Source: Candidatus Woesearchaeota archaeon
GTDB taxonomy: Archaea; Nanobdellota; Nanobdellia; Pacearchaeales; GW2011-AR1
Direction: 5' to 3'
Length of the DNA stretch: 64,000 nucleotides
NCBI GenBank assembly: GCA_964581415.1
Contig: CAZOOJ010000001.1
Span: 36,096 to 100,095 of the forward strand
The stretch's first letter is position 1. Each line of letters opens with the position of its first letter. Shown in pieces: positions 36,959 through 46,626 of the stretch. A program made the translations under genes and the position numbers. The notes below the pieces were generated by a model. It saw only the letters and a list, made by a program, of their open reading frames with translations. It searched no databases and was not told where the DNA came from.

Positions 36959-37381
36959 ATGGGATTAAAAAATGCAATAAAGCAGATTAAAAAAAGAAAG
37001 AAATTTCGATGGAAAGACAGAAAATATAAAGCAAAAACTTTAGGACTCTATAAAAAATCAGATCCTCTTCAGGGTGCGAGTCAAGCTAAAGGAATTGTTC
37101 TTTCAAAATTTCAAAAAGAAGCTGCACAGCCAAATTCTGCTATGAGAAAATGCTGCAGAGTTCAACTTAAAAAAAATGGAAGGACTGTAGGAGCTTTTAT
37201 ACCAGGAAATCTTGCACAAAAATTCATCGATGAGCATGATGAAGTACTGATTGAAAGAATCGGTGGAAAACAAGGAAGAGCAAAAGGAGATATTCGAGGT
37301 ATAAGATTTCAGATTATTAAAGTAAATGATCAGCCTTTAGACAGATTAGTAAAAGGCAAGATTGAAAAGGGAAGGAGATAG
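36959..37381 (+). CDS. rps12: 30S ribosomal protein S12 (uS12)
   Basis: [22 protein letters not shown]. Confidence 0.97.
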   Translation: MGLKNAIKQIKKRKKFRWKDRKYKAKTLGLYKKSDPLQGASQAKGIVLSKFQKEAAQPNSAMRKCCRVQLKKNGRTVGAFIPGNLAQKFIDEHDEVLIERIGGKQGRAKGDIRGIRFQIIKVNDQPLDRLVKGKIEKGRR

Positions 37382-37382
37382 A

Positions 37383-37826
37383 ATGGATGGAAGAACTGGA
37401 ACAGGAAATTCAGAAAAGTATTCTTTTCCATTTGTAATTCCTAAAGAGACTAAAGAAATGTCAAAAAAAGAAGCAAGATTATTAGTTAATCGTTTATTTC
37501 CTATAAATAGAAAAAGAGGAGAATTAGCAAATGAAAATAAACCAAAACTTCAAGAAATAATTGAGAATATTGGCAATTTATCAGGAGATAATTTTAATTA
37601 TCATGGTTATATTACAAATAAAGGAATTCATCAAGGAGTGACAGGAAAAAGAGAAGGATATTTTTTAATTGATGAAAAAACAGGAAATGCTTATCAAATA
37701 CCTAAAAAAAGAGTAATAATAAATGATGGAACAATTGAAGGAGTTTTCACTGATATGAAGAATATAAAAAGAGATACTAATCCTGCAGAAGGAAGGTTTT
37801 ACGGAATAATTAAATTAAAAAATTAA
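37383..37826 (+). CDS. Hypothetical protein between rps12 and rps7
   Basis: Open frame abutting both neighbours with 1-nt gaps. Confidence 0.65.
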   Translation: MDGRTGTGNSEKYSFPFVIPKETKEMSKKEARLLVNRLFPINRKRGELANENKPKLQEIIENIGNLSGDNFNYHGYITNKGIHQGVTGKREGYFLIDEKTGNAYQIPKKRVIINDGTIEGVFTDMKNIKRDTNPAEGRFYGIIKLKN

Positions 37827-37827
37827 A

Positions 37828-38439
37828 ATGACATCACAAACTTTACCAAAATTCAAAATTTTTGATTTATATGAAACAACAGAAATAAATGTAGAGGATG
37901 TTGGATTAAAAAATGTGATAAATTTAGAGCCAAAGTTATCTTTAAAAAGTCATGGAAGAAATGTTCAGAAATTTGGACAAACTAAAACAAACATTGTTGA
38001 AAGACTCATAAATCGAGTGAGTGTCGCAGGACATAGAGGAAAAAAACACAGAATTATTCTGGGACATTCCACAGGAAAATATTCAAAAAATTCAAAAATT
38101 GTTTTAGAAGCTTTTAGAATTATTGAAAAAAGAACAAATAAAAATCCTGTTGAAATTCTAGTAAGAGCTATTGAAAATTCAGCTCCAAGAGATGAAATAA
38201 CAGTAATTGAATATGGAGGTGCAAAATATCCTCAAGCAGTTGATGTTTCTCCATTAAGAAGAGTTAATTTAGCATTAAGAAATCTTGTTCATGGTGCTTC
38301 AGATAAAGCGTTTAATAAAAAGAAAACAATAGCACAAGGAATTGCAGAAGAGATTATTCTTGCTTCTGAAAAAAACGGAGAAAGTTTTGCAATAAAGAAA
38401 AAGAACGAGTCTGAAAAGCAGGCTGATTCTGCGAGATAA
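37828..38439 (+). CDS. rps7: 30S ribosomal protein S7 (uS7)
   Basis: IVERLIN, NPVEILVRAIENSAPRDE, AVDVSPLRR. Confidence 0.97.
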   Translation: MTSQTLPKFKIFDLYETTEINVEDVGLKNVINLEPKLSLKSHGRNVQKFGQTKTNIVERLINRVSVAGHRGKKHRIILGHSTGKYSKNSKIVLEAFRIIEKRTNKNPVEILVRAIENSAPRDEITVIEYGGAKYPQAVDVSPLRRVNLALRNLVHGASDKAFNKKKTIAQGIAEEIILASEKNGESFAIKKKNESEKQADSAR

Positions 38440-38470
38440 AGTGAATAAATTAAAATATTTAATTTAGAGA

Positions 38471-38668
38471 ATGATTATAGGTAGTTTGGGATATTTCTGC
38501 GTAAAAAGTTGTGATATGTATAAAGATATAAAAAAACTTGAGCAAAAACTTGAAGAAATGAATAAACAAATCATTCCCCTAGAAAAAGAGATGAAGAATT
38601 ATAAAATTCCTTTTAAAGAATCTTTTTTTGTTGAAAGAATAAAAGAGAATCATAACAATAATTTTTAA
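38471..38668 (+). CDS. Small hypothetical protein
   Basis: 65-aa ORF with coiled-coil-like segment. Confidence 0.4.
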   Translation: MIIGSLGYFCVKSCDMYKDIKKLEQKLEEMNKQIIPLEKEMKNYKIPFKESFFVERIKENHNNNF

Positions 38669-38692
38669 AAATATTGAAGTTTATTTTAAATT

Positions 38693-39064
38693 ATGACTCC
38701 AAAAGAACCTCCTTCAAAATTATATATTTCTGGACATGCTTTAACTAAAAGCATAGATAAAAAAGAGATTCCTTATCTTTTTGAAAAAGATAATAGAGAA
38801 AGAAGAAAATTTTTAAAAGAGAGATTTCAAAAACCCTGTTCTGCTGAAGTTTTAAAAGAATCTCAATTGCCTGAATCTATTAAAAAAAGCAGTCTGTTAC
38901 ATCATAGTAAAGAAAAAGATAGATATATTCTTTTAGATCGCGACTCTAATATTTTCTGTGTAGTTTGTTATAAAGAAAATATTGGAACAATAGTTAGTAT
39001 TGATTCTTTTGATAGATATAAAAAAGGATTCAGATTAAGTGAGATAGTAAAAGGAAAACAATAA
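38693..39064 (+). CDS. Hypothetical protein
   Basis: 123-aa ORF; LYISGHA..CVV..TIVSI is loosely RelE/DUF4258-like. Confidence 0.55.
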   Translation: MTPKEPPSKLYISGHALTKSIDKKEIPYLFEKDNRERRKFLKERFQKPCSAEVLKESQLPESIKKSSLLHHSKEKDRYILLDRDSNIFCVVCYKENIGTIVSIDSFDRYKKGFRLSEIVKGKQ

Positions 39065-39125
39065 AAAACTTTAAAAACAAATTTCTCAATTAAGTTATAT
39101 TCTTTAATAATTAGAAGAAGATAAC

Positions 39126-41291
39126 ATGGTAGAAGAAAAAACAAAAAAAATTTGGAAGTTGATGGAAAAGCAGGATCACATTCGTAACATAGCAATTGCC
39201 GCACATATCGACCACGGAAAAACAACTTTCTCTGACAATCTCTTATCCGGAGCTGGAATGCTTTCAAAAGAAACAGCAGGAAAACAAAGATTCTTAGATT
39301 TTCATGAAGATGAATCAACAAGAGGAATTACAATTGACTCTGCATCTGTTTCAATGATTCATACATTTAAAGGAGAAGACTATTTGATTAATTTAATTGA
39401 TACTCCAGGACATGTTGATTTTGGTGGAGATGTTACAAGAGCAATGAGAGCTGTTGATGGATGTGTTGTTTTATGCTGTGCTGTTGAAGGAGTCATGCCA
39501 CAAACAGAGACTGTTTTAAGACAAGCATTAAAAGAACTTGTAAAACCTGTTTTATTCATAAACAAAGTTGACAGATTAATCAAAGAAGTAAAACTAACTC
39601 CTCAGGAAATGGAGAAAAAATTTATTTCTATAATTGAGCATGTTAATGAATTAATTGAAAATATTGCTCCAGAAGGATATAAAGAGAAATGGAAAGTTTC
39701 TGTTAGTGATGGAAGCGTTGCATTTGGTTCTGCATTTCACAACTGGGCTTTAAGTTTTCCTTATATGGAAAAAAAAGGAATTACTTTTAAAGATGTTATT
39801 GATGCTTATGAAAAAGATAGTTATAAAGAATTAGCAAAAAAAGCTCCATTGCATGAAGTTGTTTTAGAAATGAGCATTAAGCATCATCCTAATCCACTTC
39901 AGGCACAACCCTATAGAATTCCAAGAATATGGTTTGGAGATTCTGAATCTGAAATTGGAAAAGCATTAAAAAAATGCGATATAAAAGGCCCTCCTGTTTT
40001 TGTTCCTATTAAAATTGTTGTTGACAAGCATGCAGGAGAAGTTGCTGCAGGAAGATTATTTTCTGGAACAATAAAACAGGGTGATGAAGTTTATATGAAT
40101 CTTGCAAAAAGAAACATAAGAGTTCAGCAGGTTTCTGTTTATAAAGGAGCCCAGAGAATAATTGTTGATGAAGTTTCTGCAGGAAACATCATAGGAGTTG
40201 TTGGTTTAAAAGATGTTTTTGCAGGAGAAACAGTAAGTAAAGAGCCAATAGAAGCTTTTGAGGCAATAAAGCATTTATTTGAACCTGTTGTTACAAAATC
40301 TATTGAAGCTAAAAAAGCAGCTGATTTGCCAAAATTAATTGAAGTTTTAAAACATGTTGCTAAGGAAGACCCTTCTATAAAAGTTGAAATCAATGAACAA
40401 ACTGGAGAAAGTTTAATTTCAGGAATGGGGGAGTTGCATTTAGAAATTATTGAGAATAGAATTAAAAGTGAAAAAGGATTAGATGTCAAAACTTCACAGC
40501 CCATTATAGTTTACAGAGAAACAATAGGAAAAGAATCTTCTGTAGTTGAAGGAAGAAGTCCAAACAAACATAATAGTTTTTTTCTAAAAGTTGCTCCTTT
40601 AGAAGAAAAGATTTATGAAGCAATAAAATCTGGAGAACTTCCTGAAGGAAGAATCAAAAAGAAAAATCAAGAGATTGCAGAAAGTCTCTCAAATCTCGGA
40701 TGGACAGGTGATGAAATAAGAAATGTAAAAGAGATTTACAATGGAAATTTATTTTTAGATGAAACAAGGGGAGAAGTTCACATTCAAGAAGTAATTGAAA
40801 TGATTATGGATGCATTTGAAAAAGTAATGGATCAGGGTTCTTTAGCAAGAGAGCCTTGTATGAGAATGAAAGTTTCTTTAGTTGATATAAAGCTTCATGA
40901 AGATGCAATTCATAGAGGTCCAGCTCAGGTTTATCCTGCTATAAGAGAAGGAATAACAGGAGCAATTAAAAAAGCAGATCCTTTTTTGTTTGAACCTTTG
41001 CAAATTCAGGTTATAGAGATGCCTGATAAATTTCTAGGAGGAATAACAAAATTAATAGGAAGCAAAAGAGGACAGATAATTAACATAGAACAAGAGGGAA
41101 CAATAGCAAAAATGAAAGCAAAACTTCCTGTTGCAGAAATGTTAGGATGGAGTAATGATTTGAGAAGCGCCACAGAAGGAAGAGGAAATTCATCAATTCT
41201 TGACCAGTTATTTGAAAAAGTTCCAAAAAGTCTGGAAGCTGATGTTATTAGAAAAATAAGAGAAAGGAAAGGATTGAGTGAAAATCAGTGA
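39126..41291 (+). CDS. fusA: Elongation factor 2
   Basis: AHIDHGKTT, RGITI, DTPGHVDF, NKVD, diphthamide loop LHEDAIHRGPAQ. Confidence 0.98.
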   Translation: MVEEKTKKIWKLMEKQDHIRNIAIAAHIDHGKTTFSDNLLSGAGMLSKETAGKQRFLDFHEDESTRGITIDSASVSMIHTFKGEDYLINLIDTPGHVDFGGDVTRAMRAVDGCVVLCCAVEGVMPQTETVLRQALKELVKPVLFINKVDRLIKEVKLTPQEMEKKFISIIEHVNELIENIAPEGYKEKWKVSVSDGSVAFGSAFHNWALSFPYMEKKGITFKDVIDAYEKDSYKELAKKAPLHEVVLEMSIKHHPNPLQAQPYRIPRIWFGDSESEIGKALKKCDIKGPPVFVPIKIVVDKHAGEVAAGRLFSGTIKQGDEVYMNLAKRNIRVQQVSVYKGAQRIIVDEVSAGNIIGVVGLKDVFAGETVSKEPIEAFEAIKHLFEPVVTKSIEAKKAADLPKLIEVLKHVAKEDPSIKVEINEQTGESLISGMGELHLEIIENRIKSEKGLDVKTSQPIIVYRETIGKESSVVEGRSPNKHNSFFLKVAPLEEKIYEAIKSGELPEGRIKKKNQEIAESLSNLGWTGDEIRNVKEIYNGNLFLDETRGEVHIQEVIEMIMDAFEKVMDQGSLAREPCMRMKVSLVDIKLHEDAIHRGPAQVYPAIREGITGAIKKADPFLFEPLQIQVIEMPDKFLGGITKLIGSKRGQIINIEQEGTIAKMKAKLPVAEMLGWSNDLRSATEGRGNSSILDQLFEKVPKSLEADVIRKIRERKGLSENQ

Positions 41292-41603
41292 TTTCTCCTT
41301 TAGTACAATAATTCTTTAAATATCAAATATCTAAAAAGATTATATCTAGAAAAAAATTAGTTGATTTAACAAAACTTCAAAAAGAGATTAAAAATAATCT
41401 GGGGCTTGTTGAAATCTCCGATAAATCCAATAACAAAAGATGTAGAGAATCCAGAAAAAGCTGGAGTAACATCGTTTAAAGCGATGAGAACTGCCTACGA
41501 TAACATTTTAAGTTATCTTAAAAGAGGTGATATATAGAATTCTAATGGAAAGAAGATTTAATTGATTAAATCAAAACACTTCCTATTATCGAAAATATGA
41601 ACT

Positions 41604-41816
41604 TCAACTCTCTTTAATTTTCTCCTCAATTATCTGTGAAATAGACTTTCCTGTTTTTTCTCTAAGTTTTTTCAGTTTATTTATAGTATCTACTGATAAA
41701 GTCAAATCTATCCTTTTTTTTTGAAAAGGAAGTTGATGAGTCTTATCATAGTTTTCCAAAATTTGAAAGGCTTCTTTATTCTCTTTCAAAATTTGTTTTA
41801 TTTCTTTTATTTTCAT
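41604..41816 (-). CDS. Ribbon-helix-helix putative antitoxin
   Basis: KKRIDLTLS..KLKKL..TGKSISQIIE; ATGA overlap with Fic gene. Confidence 0.7.
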   Translation of the reverse strand: MKIKEIKQILKENKEAFQILENYDKTHQLPFQKKRIDLTLSVDTINKLKKLREKTGKSISQIIEEKIKES

Positions 41817-42148
41817 TTTATCGCAGTTTTTAATCTCCACTCAATATTTCTTATCTCCTGAATATTTTTTTTAGTAATTGAAGTTAACTGATAAATCAGC
41901 ATGTCTCTGTCTACTTTTTTCTTTTTTTCTTTAGCAAATGCAAATACTAAAAACATTGCTGTTCGTTTATTTCCATCTGAAAAAGGATGGTCTACTAATA
42001 TTGCTCTTAACAAATAAGCAAGTTGCTTGTAAGGGCCTATTTTACTATCTTCAATTTTTCTGAAAGCAAAATCCAAACTGGAATCACTTCTAAGATTCCC
42101 TCCAAATCCCTGATTAATTCTTAATAGGTCTTTCTTACTAATTTTCAT
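41813..42148 (-). CDS. Fic/Doc family protein
   Basis: HPFSDGNKRTA Doc-type motif. Confidence 0.92.
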   Translation of the reverse strand: MKISKKDLLRINQGFGGNLRSDSSLDFAFRKIEDSKIGPYKQLAYLLRAILVDHPFSDGNKRTAMFLVFAFAKEKKKKVDRDMLIYQLTSITKKNIQEIRNIEWRLKTAIK

Positions 42149-42190
42149 ACACATAAATAATAGTTATTGATTTATAAATATTTTGTTTCT

Positions 42191-42991
42191 TTAAATCAAA
42201 ACACTCGCAATCATCAGCAATGCAAAGATTAAAACAAACCATCCAAAATTAATTTTTCTTGAAAATTTCATTAATCCTGAAATAGTTAAAAGTCCGAAAA
42301 CAAAAGAAGCTAATAATCCATAAATTGCAGTTCCTGAAAAGATTTTTATAAACTCATTAAAATTAAGAAATATATTTCCAAATAAAATAATTGGAAGACT
42401 CATTAAAAAACTTAATCTTAATGCAGTTGTATCGTCGAACTTTCTAAGAAGTAAAATTGAAATTGTAATTCCTGAACGTGATATTCCTGGAAAGCTCGCA
42501 AAACTTTGAGCGATTCCAAGTAAAATTCCATCTTTATTTTCCAAACTTCTTTCTCTTTTCAAACCTCTCTTTTTTATTTTTATCTGAATTATTCCAGTAA
42601 ATAATAAAAGAATTCCCACTAAGAAAGTTATAGTCTTTCCTGTAAATTCAAATTTCTCTAATATTAATATTTTTAAAATAAGCAAACCAAGAAAACTCGT
42701 AATTAAAGTTGAAATAATTAAAAATTTTAAAGTTTTTTTTGAGAATTCGTCCTGATATTTGTATTTAAACAAAGTTGTAAAAAGTTGAATAACTTCTTTT
42801 CTAAAATAAATCAGTGCTGCAAAAAATGTTCCTAAATGCAAAAATAAAAGAGTATGAATTAATTTGTCAATTTCAGTAATTCCAAAAAGATTAGACATAA
42901 TAAGAATAATAATTCCACTAGAACTTAAAGGAAGCCATTCTGTAATTCCCTGAATAGTTCCTATTATTAATTGTTGAATAATTGTGAGCAT
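42191..42991 (-). CDS. uppP: Undecaprenyl-diphosphate phosphatase (BacA/UppP family)
   Basis: QGITEWLPLSSSG, LHLGT, PGISRSGITI, SFLMSLP. Confidence 0.92.
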   Translation of the reverse strand: MLTIIQQLIIGTIQGITEWLPLSSSGIIILIMSNLFGITEIDKLIHTLLFLHLGTFFAALIYFRKEVIQLFTTLFKYKYQDEFSKKTLKFLIISTLITSFLGLLILKILILEKFEFTGKTITFLVGILLLFTGIIQIKIKKRGLKRERSLENKDGILLGIAQSFASFPGISRSGITISILLLRKFDDTTALRLSFLMSLPIILFGNIFLNFNEFIKIFSGTAIYGLLASFVFGLLTISGLMKFSRKINFGWFVLIFALLMIASVLI

Positions 42992-43171
42992 GTTTTAATT
43001 ATAAAAAGAGAGTTAAAAAATATTTTGTAGATAATATTCTAATTATTTTATTCTGTAATTCTCCAAATTTTTTGAATATAAAACTTGCAAATAAATTTTT
43101 CTCACAGAAAAATTTATAAAGGCATATTTTTTTAAATTAACACTAAACATTTTTAATAATCAAATTATAAA

Positions 43172-44458
43172 ATGGCAAAAGAAAAACCAAATATGAATGT
43201 TGTGTTTGTAGGGCACATCGATGCTGGAAAATCAACAATAGTCGGACAGCTTTTATTTCAAAGTGGTGCTGTTTCTGAACAAGAAATGAAAAAATTAAGA
43301 GAAGAAGCTGAAAAACACGGAAAAGTTGGTTTTGAATTTGCATACATCATGGATAAAATAAGAGAAAGCAGAGAAAGAGGAGTTACAATTGATTTATCTT
43401 ATAAAAAGATAATGACTCAAAAATATCAGATAACAATCATTGATGCACCTGGACATAGAGATTTTGTTAAAAATATGATTACAGGAGCAAGTCAGGCAGA
43501 CGCTGCATTTTTAGTTATTGCTGCTCCAGCAGGTGTTCAGCTTCAGACTACAGAGCATTTATGGTTATTAAGAACCATGGGTGTAAAAAATATCTGTATT
43601 GCAATTAATAAGATGGATGCTGTAGGATATAAAGAAGAAACTTTTAATAAAGTTAAAGAAGATATGGGAAAATTATTACAAGGTGTGGGAATCAAACCTG
43701 AAGACACTACATTTATTGCATGCTCTGGATTAAAGGGAGATAATATAACTAAAAAATCAGAAAATATGCCTTGGTATAAAGGACCAACTATCTTAGAGCA
43801 ATTTGATTCATTTCCAGAACCAAAATTACCAACTGAATTACCATTAAGAATGCCTGTTCAAGATGTTTATGAGATTACAGGTATTGGAACTGTTCCTGTT
43901 GGAAAAATTGAAACAGGAATTATGAAGATTGGGCAAAAAGTAAAGGTTCTTCCAGGAAGAACAGGAAAAGGAATTGAAGGAGAAGTAAAATCAATAGAAA
44001 TGCATCATGAATCTCTACCAGAAGCTTCAGCAGGAGATAATGTTGGAATTAATATTAGAGGAGTCGGTAAAAAGGACATTGCAAGAGGAGATATTATTTG
44101 TGCCTCTGAAAAACCAACTCCAGTTGTAGAAGAATTTATAGCTACAGTAACAGTAATTAATCATCCAAGTGTATTAGCAAAAGGATATACACCAGTATTT
44201 CATATTCACACTGCACAAGTTCCGTGCCAGTTTATTGAATTAATAGCTCAGATTGATCCAAGAACAGGAGAAACAATTAAGGAGAATCCTGACTTTCTAA
44301 AAAATGGTGATTCAGCAAAAGTAAGAATCAAACCACAAGGAAATCTATGCTTAGAAACTCAGAAAGAAAATCCATTCACAAGCAGATTTGCAGTAAGAGA
44401 TGCTGGAGCAACAGTTGCTGCAGGAATGTGCACTGAAATTGTCAAGAAAAAGGAATAA
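43172..44458 (+). CDS. tuf: Elongation factor 1-alpha
   Basis: GHIDAGKST, RERGVTI, DAPGHRDF, NKMD. Confidence 0.98.
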   Translation: MAKEKPNMNVVFVGHIDAGKSTIVGQLLFQSGAVSEQEMKKLREEAEKHGKVGFEFAYIMDKIRESRERGVTIDLSYKKIMTQKYQITIIDAPGHRDFVKNMITGASQADAAFLVIAAPAGVQLQTTEHLWLLRTMGVKNICIAINKMDAVGYKEETFNKVKEDMGKLLQGVGIKPEDTTFIACSGLKGDNITKKSENMPWYKGPTILEQFDSFPEPKLPTELPLRMPVQDVYEITGIGTVPVGKIETGIMKIGQKVKVLPGRTGKGIEGEVKSIEMHHESLPEASAGDNVGINIRGVGKKDIARGDIICASEKPTPVVEEFIATVTVINHPSVLAKGYTPVFHIHTAQVPCQFIELIAQIDPRTGETIKENPDFLKNGDSAKVRIKPQGNLCLETQKENPFTSRFAVRDAGATVAAGMCTEIVKKKE

Positions 44459-44512
44459 TTCTAAAGGTTTAATTTTAGGAAAAATAAAAAAATAATAAAA
44501 ACTAAATTAAAA

Positions 44513-44746
44513 ATGCCAGCGCCAATTTCAGTAGAAATATATTATGATAAAAGAAGTAATAAAGAAATAAACTCTCTCAATAAAAAATTATCTGAATTAA
44601 CAAGAAAATGTGGAGGAGAATGTTATTCAAATAATCATTCGTTTAACTCTATCTTTGGTAATATTAAAAAAGTGGATAAATTTCATTATTATATTGGTGA
44701 ATTATTTCCAGGAATGAATATTAAAATTTCTTTTCCTTATAAATAG
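44513..44746 (+). CDS. Small hypothetical protein
   Basis: 77-aa ORF at the position usually held by rps10. Confidence 0.5.
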   Translation: MPAPISVEIYYDKRSNKEINSLNKKLSELTRKCGGECYSNNHSFNSIFGNIKKVDKFHYYIGELFPGMNIKISFPYK

Positions 44747-45045
44747 ATTTTAAAAAACAGATTTTTTTAAATAAGTCTTTATTTTAGCCTACTTTTTACA
44801 GAAATCTTAAGCAGTTAAAATGAAATTTATTCTAAGTAAGAATAAGATTACAATCTATCAATATTTATTAACAAAATCTGGAAAATTCATAATGAAATTA
44901 TTTTTTCTTAGTTAAAAAATGTTTTGTATTATAGAGCTTTGTGTATAAGTCTTGATTAGAGGAATTGACTTTTTAACAAATACTGCTTATTTAATAAAGC
45001 CAAAAAAAACAAAAAACTTTATAAAGACATTTAAGCATTTTATCA

Positions 45046-45190
45046 TAGAAAAATACTAATAATATAAAATTATTACATATCACTATCACAATTTATTAAT
45101 TTAAGCAAATCATGCTTTTTTGAAGGTGAAATGTTAATTAGATAACAAATTAACTAGCAGTATTTTTCTAAAAAACTCTTCAGAGTTTTA
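45046..45190 (+). ncRNA. Candidate structured leader upstream of dnaG
   Basis: 12-bp closing stem TAGAAAAATACT/AGTATTTTTCTA with nested stems, starting about 21 nt after TTTATAAA. Confidence 0.35.
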
Positions 45191-45248
45191 AAAATTAAAT
45201 AGAATAAAATGAAGATAATAGATTTTCAGATATTTAAAGGAGTTAGAA

Positions 45249-46376
45249 ATGGCAAAAATAAGTCCTGTATCAACAAAATATATGGTTTATGCAAATTTCA
45301 GAGTTGAAGGTGCATTAGAAAAACCAGATGTAATTGGAGCTATATTTGGACAGACAGAAGGACTTTTAGGAAGTGATTTGGAAATGAGAGAACTTCAAAA
45401 AGAAGGGAAAATAGGAAGAATAGAAGTTGAATTAGAAAGAAAAAATAAAATAACATCAGGAATAATTAAGATTCCTACAGCCTTAGATCAGTCAGAAACG
45501 ACTTTAATTGCAGCAGCTATTGAAACAATAGAAAGAATGGGGCCTTGTGACTCTCAAATAGAAGTTGAAAAAATTGAGGATGTTAGAGGAAACAAAAGAG
45601 ATTACATTGTTGATAGAGCTAAAAAACTTATGAGAGGTATTGCAGGTTCAACAAATTCTAGAGAAATTTCAGATCAGATAAAAGATTCAACAAGAATTGC
45701 AGACATAACTGAATATGGAAAAGAAAAACTTCCTTGCGGAAATCTTTCAGAAAAAGAGATAATTGTTGTAGAAGGAAGAGCTGATGTTATAAATCTGATG
45801 AGATATGGAATTAATAATGTAATAGGAATGAATGGAACGAAACTTCCAGATTCAATTAATGAATTAGGCAAAGAAAAAAACTTAACTTTATTTGTTGATG
45901 GTGATAGAGGAGGTAAACTAATTATTCAAAATGTGTTGGATAATGCAAATATAACATACATAACCATAGCACCTGATGGAAAAGAAGTTGAAGAACTAAC
46001 AGGCAAAGAAATTTTTATGAATTTGAGAAAAAAAATTTCTGTAGAGGAATTTTTATCCAGAGAACAGCATTCTTTTAAAGATAGAAATAACTTTAGAAAA
46101 ATTGAAAACAAAGAAAAACTTAAAGAAGTTTTTGAAGAAAATAAAAACTCAAAAAAAGCTGTTCTCTTGGATTCTTCTTTTAATGAAATAAAAAAAGTTT
46201 CAGTCAAAGGTTTGGGAATTGCATTAAAGAGAGGGCAGAATAAACCTTTCGCAATTGTAATTGATGGAATCGCAACAAGAAATCTAATAAATTCTGCAGA
46301 AGAATCTGAAGTGAAGATAATAGCAGCAAAAAATTTTGCAACAACAGATACAACTCTCCAATTAATGAGTTTTTGA
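45249..46376 (+). CDS. dnaG: Archaeal DnaG (TOPRIM; exosome-associated)
   Basis: EKPDVIGAIFGQTEGLLG, VVEGRADV, FVDGDRGG. Confidence 0.96.
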   Translation: MAKISPVSTKYMVYANFRVEGALEKPDVIGAIFGQTEGLLGSDLEMRELQKEGKIGRIEVELERKNKITSGIIKIPTALDQSETTLIAAAIETIERMGPCDSQIEVEKIEDVRGNKRDYIVDRAKKLMRGIAGSTNSREISDQIKDSTRIADITEYGKEKLPCGNLSEKEIIVVEGRADVINLMRYGINNVIGMNGTKLPDSINELGKEKNLTLFVDGDRGGKLIIQNVLDNANITYITIAPDGKEVEELTGKEIFMNLRKKISVEEFLSREQHSFKDRNNFRKIENKEKLKEVFEENKNSKKAVLLDSSFNEIKKVSVKGLGIALKRGQNKPFAIVIDGIATRNLINSAEESEVKIIAAKNFATTDTTLQLMSF

Positions 46377-46626
46377 GTATTTTATTATATTGTAAAAATT
46401 CTAAATTGAAATGATTTGTATTTTATTCAAATGAAACATTAAAATTGAGAAATTCAAGTTATATAATTCATGTTAAAATTTCTTAAAGAGAATATTCAAG
46501 TTTTAAAGATTTTAATTTTCACCTAATGTTACTAACAGAAAGTTATTTTTGTAACTATCTAATTACAACAATAGTAAAATTTATAAATACTCATTAAATT
46601 AATATCTTACAAAAAACAAAGGTTTT

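Noticed and set aside
39126..41291. Diphthamide-less or paralogous EF-2
   Set aside because: Canonical HEDAIHRG loop is present and dph5/dph6 are in the window.
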